Source: Candidatus Berkelbacteria bacterium
GTDB taxonomy: Bacteria; Patescibacteriota; UBA1384; UBA12157
Length of the DNA stretch: 35,564 nt
Direction of reading: 5' to 3'
NCBI GenBank assembly: GCA_037127955.1
Contig: JBAXXI010000005.1
Location: 1-35,564, forward strand
The notes beneath the pieces are model-generated. The model had not been told where the DNA came from, did no database searches, and saw only the letters and a program-made list of their open reading frames with translations. Positions 28,323-35,564 of the stretch are shown here, one piece after another; the stretch's first letter is position 1; the number at the start of each line of letters is the position of its first letter. Position numbers and translations under genes: made by a program.

Positions 28323-29627
28323 CTACGAACACATTGTGATTTGAACAAATTGCCGCTTACCTACACGTAAAACAAAAGTTTTACTTTGCGGAAATAATGA
28401 AGAAACTTCGGTAATCTTTGAAGTTTCCTTTTCAACGACCACCTTAACAGAACCGGATTCAATTTGTCTTTTGGCCTCACTTCTTGTCTTGGCGCAACCA
28501 GATAAAGTCAGAATGTCCACCCAGTCCTTCACATTATTCATGTCAATTTCTAAGACGGCCATATCTTCTGGTAAATGTTTTTTTGAAAATAATTCAATAA
28601 AACTATTTTCAGCCTCGACAGCAATCTCATGAGATCCGGCAATCATAGTCACGATCACTCTCGCGAGCAAACGTTTCACTAACATTGGGTTAACCGATCC
28701 GGAATTCATAAAATCAGAAATTTTAAGCCATTCCTCATTTGTGATATCAGTCAATAATTTAAAGTATTCCTCCATAATCGCGTCCGGTATAGACATAATC
28801 TTACCGAAAATTTCAGATGGAGAGTCAGTCAAAGCAATAAAATTGCCTGCACTTTTACTCATTTTTTGACCATTACCATTTGTACCTTGTAAGATTGGTG
28901 TTGTAATACCAATCTGCGGTTCCTTGCCAGCGCTATGCGTAATCCTTTTAACATCCATAAAATTTAATAATTGATCGTTTCCGCCAAGTTCAATTTCTGA
29001 TTCAAGTACACACGAATCAATACCCATAAGAGTAGAATATAATAACTCTGCTCGAGTCACAGATTCACGGTTACGAAAATCATCACGTTGCATAGCCGAA
29101 CTAACAGTTTGTTTACTAAGTATTTGTAAAAAATCAAATAACTTATAATTTTCTAACCACTCACTATTATAACGGATCTCAGCTTTATTCAAATCAATTA
29201 AAAATTTTATCTGGTCGCAATAGCTTTCCATGTTAGACATGATTTCATCCTGTGTTAACACTGGTCTATTCATAATCCGACCGGTTGGATCGCCAATAGA
29301 AGCGGTAAAATCACCGATTAGAAAAATTATATGATGACCCATCTGCTGAAAACGTCTTAATAGAATCACCGGAACAATATGCCCCAGATGAATCGCGCTA
29401 CCAGTTGGATCTATACCATATTTTACTCTGATCGGTCTACCTGTTTCCTTAGAACGCAAAAGTTTGTGCGCCAATCTCTCTTCGTCAGTAATATTTGCGA
29501 TTTTTGGCCGCAAAAGTTCAAACTGCTGTTGAGCGTCAAAACCACTCAAGTCTACAAGAGTCTGAGCCAACCTTGTCTCTAATTTGTTCAAAAAATCTTG
29601 AACCGTTGAAAGAATATTTGTATTCAT
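28323..29627 (-). CDS. tyrS: Second tyrosine--tRNA ligase-like protein (TyrRS2)
   Basis: VKYGIDPT, HLGH, GDFTASIGDPTGR, YSTLMGID, GGNDQ, KMSKS, S4-like C-terminus ending VGKRQF. Confidence 0.9.
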   Translation of the reverse strand: MNTNILSTVQDFLNKLETRLAQTLVDLSGFDAQQQFELLRPKIANITDEERLAHKLLRSKETGRPIRVKYGIDPTGSAIHLGHIVPVILLRRFQQMGHHIIFLIGDFTASIGDPTGRIMNRPVLTQDEIMSNMESYCDQIKFLIDLNKAEIRYNSEWLENYKLFDFLQILSKQTVSSAMQRDDFRNRESVTRAELLYSTLMGIDSCVLESEIELGGNDQLLNFMDVKRITHSAGKEPQIGITTPILQGTNGNGQKMSKSAGNFIALTDSPSEIFGKIMSIPDAIMEEYFKLLTDITNEEWLKISDFMNSGSVNPMLVKRLLARVIVTMIAGSHEIAVEAENSFIELFSKKHLPEDMAVLEIDMNNVKDWVDILTLSGCAKTRSEAKRQIESGSVKVVVEKETSKITEVSSLFPQSKTFVLRVGKRQFVQITMCS

Positions 29628-29742
29628 GGAATACCCCCTTAATAAATTTTTAAGTTACACTTAAATGGTTAATAACCTTTTAAGTAGTACATTATTAAAT
29701 AACATTTTTTTTAATAAATGTCAAGAGAAAAAACGTATTTGA

Positions 29743-29771
29743 TTGACAAAATCTATAAAAAGGTTTTTAAT
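29743..29771 (+). promoter_or_regulatory. Sigma70-type promoter for the His-leader operon
   Basis: TTGACA (29743-29748), 17 bp, TTTAAT (29766-29771); a divergent TTGACA lies at 29724-29719 on the minus strand. Confidence 0.6.
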
Positions 29772-29804
29772 TATAAATAGATATTAAATATTATTAATAA
29801 AATT

Positions 29805-29870
29805 ATGATAAATAAAATTATTTCAAATTTACATCATCATGTAACACCACGCTGCTGGGTTACTTTTTGA
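29805..29870 (+). CDS. Putative histidine leader peptide MINKIISNLHHHVTPRCWVTF
   Basis: 21-codon ORF read by hand; CAT-CAT-CAT at 29832-29840; lies upstream of an operon ending in hisS; no clear SD. Confidence 0.7.
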   Translation: MINKIISNLHHHVTPRCWVTF

Positions 29871-29925
29871 TGTTTTAAAATAATTTTATAAAACACTAGT
29901 AAGTAGCCTGCCAGGGCTATTTTTT
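29841..29925 (+). promoter_or_regulatory. Transcription attenuator (1:2 protector, 2:3 antiterminator, 3:4 terminator)
   Basis: 1:2 GTAAC(A)CCA/TGGGTTAC; 2:3 GC(T)GGGTTACTT (29854-29865)/AAGTAGCCTGC (29901-29911); 3:4 AGTAGCCT-gcca-GGGCTATT plus T tract. Confidence 0.75.
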
Positions 29926-29982
29926 GTTTACAAAAATCAGCGATCAACGATCAATTTTTTGTTTACAAAAATCCGCGATCAA
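29919..29982. repeat. 29-bp direct repeat (28/29 identical) with near-palindromic core
   Basis: ATTTTTTGTTTACAAAAATC[A/C]GCGATCAA at 29919-29947 and 29954-29982. Confidence 0.9.
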
Positions 29983-30049
29983 AAAAATACTTTAGTTTAG
30001 AAAATCTTTTAATCTAAACTAAAACACGCACCTTAAAAAGGAGAAATCG

Positions 30050-30742
30050 ATGAAACAAGACCTATTCTCGCGTATCAAAGAACTGAGTTGTGTAACAAAA
30101 ATCAGTAATTTTTTCCCTCAAGAAAATCAAATTTTTGATTTTATCTTTTTTGTCTGTCCCAGATTCACTGGTAATGGCCTAAAAATAAATAAGCATAAAA
30201 CCGGATTTACCGCTAATTACAGGGAAGGAATTAGTGAATATTCAAAGGTAAGATTCCAAATGGTTAAAAATTTTATGGACCAGATTAACACAATTGGCAT
30301 TAACTACACCGTCAATACTATTTTTGCCGCTGCCGATTCTATATTACTATTCCCTATTCCAGCCGAACCTCCTTCTACACCCTCGGAAAACGATATTCCA
30401 GGTGATTTTAAACTGATTTCAAACCTTAATATTTATAGAAATCATTTTCAAACATTTGGCCAAATCTACAGACAAGAGCCTTGGAAAAATACACCAAACT
30501 GGGCATTAAAAATTGAATACGATAGACTTACCGAAATTATACCCAGTCACACTCTAGAAGAAATCAAGGAAGATTTTATTGCCAGATGTTTTGCCGGCTT
30601 TGCCCTTGACGGAATTATTTTAAAAAAAGGTCTATTTGGCACCAACCCAATTATTTTAGGAGTTGAAAGTAAAGGTGTCAGTGTACTTCAAAACTCTGCC
30701 CTTGAGCGAAAAGATTGGATTCCGGTCATCGATCTCTGCTAA
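30050..30742 (+). CDS. Hypothetical protein, alpha/beta Rossmann-like pattern
   Basis: AAGGAG SD; motifs FIFFVCPRF, TIFAAAD, GFALDG, IPVIDL. Confidence 0.75.
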   Translation: MKQDLFSRIKELSCVTKISNFFPQENQIFDFIFFVCPRFTGNGLKINKHKTGFTANYREGISEYSKVRFQMVKNFMDQINTIGINYTVNTIFAAADSILLFPIPAEPPSTPSENDIPGDFKLISNLNIYRNHFQTFGQIYRQEPWKNTPNWALKIEYDRLTEIIPSHTLEEIKEDFIARCFAGFALDGIILKKGLFGTNPIILGVESKGVSVLQNSALERKDWIPVIDLC

Positions 30743-30795
30743 TTTATGGGGAGGTTCGCCTCCCCATATTCTTCAAATTATTTAAAAGGAAAATT

Positions 30796-31542
30796 ATGAC
30801 TAAAAAATTAATTAAACAACTTAATGAAATCAATGATCAACAAAATGGACAAATAAATATTTTGTTTGATTGGGAGTGTCCACCAAGATTTATAGATTAT
30901 AAAAATAAACGAGAATTTGTTAATTTTGATGTGGACTTAAATAAAATATTTGCTCAACGAAAAATTGATAATTTTACAGAAATTCCGCGAACCATAATCA
31001 ATAAAAAAACCGATCTAGAAGTACTTAGGTTGATCAAAGATAATCGAATAAAATTTCAATATTATAAATTCATTGCGGATACAAATCTTGAATTAGTTCA
31101 AACAAAAAATAAGACACAAGCTAAACAAAAATTTTATGAATTTAAAAAAGTCCTAGAACAGAAAACTCTAAAATATCCTGTCAAAATTTCATTTTGGCTT
31201 TTTTCAGACTTTTTAAAAACAAAAAAATTATTTAAAAAATATAAAGAAATCTATAAAGTGTGGGTAGATAAAATTGAAAATGAAACAAGATACCAAAAAA
31301 TCTGGCAAAAACAGATTGAAAAAACCAAAAATCACATGGGGCTAAAAGATTCGTTAAAAATAAAAGAAATTGCCAAACGCACGATTGCTTCATATGCTGC
31401 CGAAGGTGCTATTTTTGAAATTTTAGAAACAAAAAATGAAAACTATATTTGGCTAAATTCTGCCGAAACAGACCAACAATCCATTAATACAACAAACTTA
31501 GCCCGCAAAGAAAAAATGATAATAATTTTTCCAAAAAATTAA
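30796..31542 (+). CDS. Hypothetical protein, possible distant paralogue of the upstream gene
   Basis: ATG 30796 after AAAGGA; motifs ILFDWECPPRF, KFIADTN, SYAAEG, MIIIFP. Confidence 0.75.
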   Translation: MTKKLIKQLNEINDQQNGQINILFDWECPPRFIDYKNKREFVNFDVDLNKIFAQRKIDNFTEIPRTIINKKTDLEVLRLIKDNRIKFQYYKFIADTNLELVQTKNKTQAKQKFYEFKKVLEQKTLKYPVKISFWLFSDFLKTKKLFKKYKEIYKVWVDKIENETRYQKIWQKQIEKTKNHMGLKDSLKIKEIAKRTIASYAAEGAIFEILETKNENYIWLNSAETDQQSINTTNLARKEKMIIIFPKN

Positions 31543-31591
31543 TTTGCCAGTGAGCTTGCGCTTGCGGTACAATACCTATATAGGAGAAAAA

Positions 31592-32947
31592 ATGCAAGAA
31601 AATAATACAACCAAAATTAATCCTCGTTTATTATCTGGTTTCAAAGATTTTTTACCAAAACAGAAAAATCAACGTGATTGGTTAATCAATCAGATCAAAA
31701 CTGTTTATGAATCCTTTGGTTTTCAACCACTTGAAACGCCAGTTTTAGAGTACGCCGATATTTTAACCGGTAAGTATGGCGAAGAAGCCAATATGATGAT
31801 GTATCGTTTTACCGATCAAGGTAAACGCGATGTAGCCATGCGTTACGATTTGACTATTCCGTTTGCTCGCATCATTGCCCAATATCCTGAACTACCCAAA
31901 CCTTTTAAACGCTATCAAATCGCTCCGGTCTGGCGGTCCGACAGCCCGCAAGCCGGCCGATACCGAGAGTTTTACCAGTTTGACGCCGATATCGCCGGTT
32001 CAGCTAGCATGTTGGCCGACAGCGAAATTATCGAAATTATTTATCGCTCGATGATTAAAATCGGGGTCAAGAATTTTAATATTCGCCTAAATAATCGAAA
32101 AATTCTCAATGGACTATTAGCTTACGCCGACATTAATCAAACCAAAGCCAATCAAGTTTTTCAAATGATCGACAAAATCGAAAAAATTTCTAAAGAAAAT
32201 TTTAGAAAAATTTTAACCGAAATTGTGGGTACTGATTCATATAAAAAAATCCTGGATTTTATTCAAATTAAAGGTTCAAATACTGAAATTATCGCACAAC
32301 TCAAACACCTGTTTTTAGCCAATGAAATTGGCTTAGCAGGCATCAAAGAAATTGAAGAAATTCTCGCTAATTTAGAGTTAAATAAAATCGAATTAAATAA
32401 AATTAAAATTGATCTTTCGATCGCCCGCGGCCTCGACTACTACACTGGCACGGTTTTCGAAACCGTACTTTTGGACGCGCCGGAATTTGGCAGTATATTT
32501 TCCGGCGGCCGCTATAATGAATTGATCGGGCTTTTTACCAACACCGATATACCCGCCATTGGCACCTCAGTTGGTATCGACCGACTTTTTACGGCCATGG
32601 AAAAACTCGATTTGTTGCCAAACAATAATAATTCGGCTAGTGCCCTGGTAACCGTTTTTCCGGAAAATCCGCAAGATTCACTCAAGGTTGCTCAAAAATT
32701 ACGTGAATCAGGCCTTAAAATCGAAACTTATTTGGGCGATAAAACTAATCTTAAAAATCAATTGAGTTATGCTGATAAACTCTCTATTCCGGTCGTAATC
32801 ATTACTTTTCCGGATCAAATTGAAAAAGATAATTATATTGTCAAAAAAATGGGCCAAAACTTTGGCGAAACCGAACAAATCGAAACAAATTTTGCTAAAT
32901 TAGCTGAAACGATTAAAAAAATTACCACAAAAAAAGACGAAAGTTAA
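31592..32947 (+). CDS. hisS: Histidine--tRNA ligase
   Basis: GFKDFLP, MRYDLTIPFAR, WRSDSPQAGRYREFYQFDAD, RGLDYYTG, GGRY, GIDRL, anticodon-binding domain; ATG 31592 after AGGAG. Confidence 0.98.
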   Translation: MQENNTTKINPRLLSGFKDFLPKQKNQRDWLINQIKTVYESFGFQPLETPVLEYADILTGKYGEEANMMMYRFTDQGKRDVAMRYDLTIPFARIIAQYPELPKPFKRYQIAPVWRSDSPQAGRYREFYQFDADIAGSASMLADSEIIEIIYRSMIKIGVKNFNIRLNNRKILNGLLAYADINQTKANQVFQMIDKIEKISKENFRKILTEIVGTDSYKKILDFIQIKGSNTEIIAQLKHLFLANEIGLAGIKEIEEILANLELNKIELNKIKIDLSIARGLDYYTGTVFETVLLDAPEFGSIFSGGRYNELIGLFTNTDIPAIGTSVGIDRLFTAMEKLDLLPNNNNSASALVTVFPENPQDSLKVAQKLRESGLKIETYLGDKTNLKNQLSYADKLSIPVVIITFPDQIEKDNYIVKKMGQNFGETEQIETNFAKLAETIKKITTKKDES

Positions 32948-32966
32948 ACTCTCGTCTTAAACAGAT

Positions 32967-34004
32967 CTAATCTTGAACCTCAGGCTGAACTTCGCCTTCG
33001 GGCTTATCAAACCAATGATCATCGATCATCCATTTGTCGATGGTTGAAAAAACCCGAGGGTGCGATTTAATTGCGTCATGATTTAAACTCAATGACGCTA
33101 ATTTAAATTGATGACAAAAAGGTTTTAAATCAAAACCAGCCGATTCAGAACTAACCAAACCATCGTGTACTGGAAAATTTGCATCTTGAATGGCTTTAAA
33201 AATTTTGTAACCCAGCCCTACTTTATTTTTTAAAAAATCATCTGGCTTGTAGCTACAAAGTCCTACGATCGAATAGTAATCACAAGGAACAATTTTATCC
33301 TCATCCGGACTATTTAGAAAAAATAAAATCATGGATTCAAAATACATATCATTAACTTCGACAGGCAAATTATTGTAATTTTCTCGGAGAATTTTTAACT
33401 CTTCCTCGTCAAAACCATTTTGAGGCGTTCCCATAAAAACTACTCGAGCAATTTTTGTTTGAAAGCAACCACATACTTTTCCTTCATTATGAGTTATACC
33501 GATCACAGTTTCTCCATAGCCCATCATCCAAATCGCCGAACGAACGATCAAACCACCCATACTATGAGCGAAAATATCAACTTTATCATTTGGCGTAAAC
33601 TGGTTGGTTTTATCAATAAACAAGTCTACAAATGAACGAGTTGTCTGGAAAATACCAGAACCAGTTGGATAAGAAATTGCATAAATAAGATCGTAAGCCG
33701 GAATAACCTTATCGTTAATTTTACGACCATTACTTAGATATGCGGCCAAAGGAGTCATATCCTTATAGCTACCCCAAAAAGCTGGACAACCATGCACCAT
33801 AATGGCAATTCGTTTTCCAGCCGGCCAAGGATTATCGTCTTTTACCCATGAATCCAGCACCATATTAGCATTTAAAACCATATCGGCTGGTAAATTTTTA
33901 AACTCTCTCGGCTGATACCGATAAACCTGGAGTTTTGGCAAAGCCAAACCTACCGCCGATGCCATGATCAGTAAAACTACAACCAAGAAAAATCGATCTT
34001 TCAT
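32967..34004 (-). CDS. Exported alpha/beta hydrolase (lipase/esterase-like)
   Basis: Signal/TM N-terminus; MVHG, AHSMGG nucleophile, MGTP, HDGLV, NH triad pattern. Confidence 0.85.
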   Translation of the reverse strand: MKDRFFLVVVLLIMASAVGLALPKLQVYRYQPREFKNLPADMVLNANMVLDSWVKDDNPWPAGKRIAIMVHGCPAFWGSYKDMTPLAAYLSNGRKINDKVIPAYDLIYAISYPTGSGIFQTTRSFVDLFIDKTNQFTPNDKVDIFAHSMGGLIVRSAIWMMGYGETVIGITHNEGKVCGCFQTKIARVVFMGTPQNGFDEEELKILRENYNNLPVEVNDMYFESMILFFLNSPDEDKIVPCDYYSIVGLCSYKPDDFLKNKVGLGYKIFKAIQDANFPVHDGLVSSESAGFDLKPFCHQFKLASLSLNHDAIKSHPRVFSTIDKWMIDDHWFDKPEGEVQPEVQD

Positions 34005-34140
34005 TTTGAATTCCCCCTTTAAAATAGATTTTTAAGATTCAATTTAAAACTGAACATATTCTAACACAATTAACAACCTATTTCAATCTGTTAAGCTTTA
34101 GTGTAAACTAAAACTACAAATTAATTTGGAGATTAATCAA

Positions 34141-35424
34141 ATGGAAAGAACTATAATCAAAGATTTAAAAGATAAAATCGGCAAAGAAGTTTCACTTTTT
34201 GGTCGGATTTTAAATATTCGTAAACTCGGCCAAATCACTTTTATTGTACTTCAAGATTACTCTGGCACAGTTCAAACTGTCTGGGAAACCGAAGTTAAAG
34301 CCAGTGTGGGCGAAGCAGTTAAAATTCAAGGAACAGTTAAGGCTGACACCAGAAGCAAAAGCGGTGTCGAGCTCGGCGGATCACACCTTGAAATTATCTC
34401 AACCAATATCGAAGAACTTCCTTACGATTTTGCTGGTAAAGACCTAAATCTTCAATTGAATACATTGTTAGATTTGCGCACCACTAGCCTTCGTCACCCA
34501 AAAGCCCAAGCAGTTTTCAAACTTTACGATTTGCTCTTGGAAGGTTATGAAAAAACCATGCGAGCCGAAGGTTTTACCGAAATCAAAACGCCAAAAATTA
34601 TCGAAACAGCCTCAGAAGGCGGCGCTAACTTTTTCAAAATTAAATATTTTGATCAAGATGCTTATTTAGCTCAAAGTCCACAACTTTATAAACAAATTAT
34701 GGTTGGGGTTTTTGAACGAGTTTTTGAAATTGGTTCAGTTTTCCGCGCCGAACCTCATTTTACCACTCGCCATATTAATGAATTCACCGGCCTAGACGCA
34801 GAAATGGGTTTTATTGAAAATTTTAAAGACGTTTCCAGTATGCTAAATAAAGTCATAAAAAACGTTTTTGACCACATAAGAGCCAATGGAAGTGAATATT
34901 TGGCAGCCTATAACGCAGAGATTCCGGAAGTACCAGAAAATATTCCATCAATCAAACTAGCTGATTTAAGAAAATTGGTCAAAGAAAAATACGATTATAC
35001 AATTCCTGAAACTACCGATATTGACCCTGAGGGCGAACGTTTAGCTTGCCGTTGGGCCAAAGAAGAGCACAACTCAGATTTTGTTTTTATCACTAATTAT
35101 TTTTGGAAAGACAAACCTTTTTACACTATGCCATCTGACGAAACTCAAAACGAGACCGAAGGCTTTGATCTTCTTTTCCGTGGCGTCGAGATCGCGACTG
35201 GTTCACAAAGAATTCATGACTACAAAATGTTAATTAAAAATATGGAAGCCAAAGGTGTTAAAGCAGCCGGACTCGAATCATATTTAGACACATTTAAATT
35301 CGCTATGCCACCTCACGGCGGCTGGGGCCTTGGTTCAGAACGCATTATTCAATTGATTTTAGGCCTAGGCAGTATCAAAGAAGCTGTTCTCTTTCCGCGC
35401 GATGTCAAACGACTAAACCCATAA
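34141..35424 (+). CDS. aspS: Aspartate--tRNA ligase, short archaeal/eukaryal type, probably non-discriminating
   Basis: OB-fold N-terminus; EGGANFF, LAQSPQLYKQ, FRAEP..TTRH, GSQRIH, PPHGGWGLGSER, FPRD; no GAD insert. Confidence 0.95.
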   Translation: MERTIIKDLKDKIGKEVSLFGRILNIRKLGQITFIVLQDYSGTVQTVWETEVKASVGEAVKIQGTVKADTRSKSGVELGGSHLEIISTNIEELPYDFAGKDLNLQLNTLLDLRTTSLRHPKAQAVFKLYDLLLEGYEKTMRAEGFTEIKTPKIIETASEGGANFFKIKYFDQDAYLAQSPQLYKQIMVGVFERVFEIGSVFRAEPHFTTRHINEFTGLDAEMGFIENFKDVSSMLNKVIKNVFDHIRANGSEYLAAYNAEIPEVPENIPSIKLADLRKLVKEKYDYTIPETTDIDPEGERLACRWAKEEHNSDFVFITNYFWKDKPFYTMPSDETQNETEGFDLLFRGVEIATGSQRIHDYKMLIKNMEAKGVKAAGLESYLDTFKFAMPPHGGWGLGSERIIQLILGLGSIKEAVLFPRDVKRLNP

Positions 35425-35564
35425 TTTTCAAAACTTTGGAAATTTCCGCGCACGAAGTGCCATAATTTTCGTGAAAATTTCCGCGCACAAAGTGCCATAA
35501 TTTTCGTGAAAATTTCCGCGCACGAAGTGCCATAATTTTCGTGAAAATTTCCGCGCACGAAGTG
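35420..35564. repeat. 35-bp tandem repeat running off the window end
   Basis: CATAATTTTCGTGAAAATTTCCGCGCACGAAGTGC: degenerate copy 35420-35460, copies at 35461, 35496 and 35531; no spacers. Confidence 0.95.

Noticed and set aside
23754-29700. tRNA-anchored integrative island
   Set aside because: The cluster lies on the 5' side of the tRNA; I saw no duplicated tRNA 3' end and no integrase.
31592-32947. HisZ (ATP phosphoribosyltransferase regulatory subunit) rather than HisS
   Set aside because: It retains RGLDYY, full class II motifs and the C-terminal anticodon-binding domain; no hisG is nearby.
423-35558. Short antisense or alternate-frame ORFs in the track (e.g. 1212-1439, 9907-10299, 13025-13438, 20092-20475, 35349-35558)
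   Set aside because: They overlap well-supported genes or repeats and have no recognisable motifs.
35420-35564. CRISPR array
   Set aside because: Repeats are directly adjacent with no unique spacers, and there are no cas genes in the window.

Overview
AT-rich bacterial chromosomal window, translation table 11, most likely from a Patescibacteria/CPR genome. This taxonomy is inferred from the short PcrA, HLGR/KMSSS-type TyrRS, short archaeal-type AspRS, minimal pilMNO and heptamer-palindrome elements. The left half is housekeeping and surface genes: NRAMP-family transporter, rsmA, a G5/lysozyme-like protein, pcrA, dnaB with an upstream DnaA-box triplet, dnaX, an HU/T2SSE_N fusion plus pilMNO, two receiver proteins, a stand-alone SpoT-type hydrolase and a histidine kinase. 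It also holds a strongly promoted, ORF-less structured RNA candidate at about 5885-6216. The right half is dense in aminoacyl-tRNA functions (tyrS, pheA, tRNA-Tyr, second tyrS, hisS, aspS) and contains the best candidate for an undescribed system, two divergent operons sharing the 29628-30049 intergenic region. Leftward: a variant TyrRS, a GCS2 glutamate ligase, a degenerate TyrRS/TrpRS-like protein, an enolase-superfamily enzyme and a class I GATase. Rightward: a His-His-His leader peptide with a complete 1:2 / 2:3 / 3:4 attenuator, then two uncharacterised Rossmann-like proteins and hisS. The window ends inside a 35-bp tandem repeat. All calls are from manual motif reading; no searches were run.
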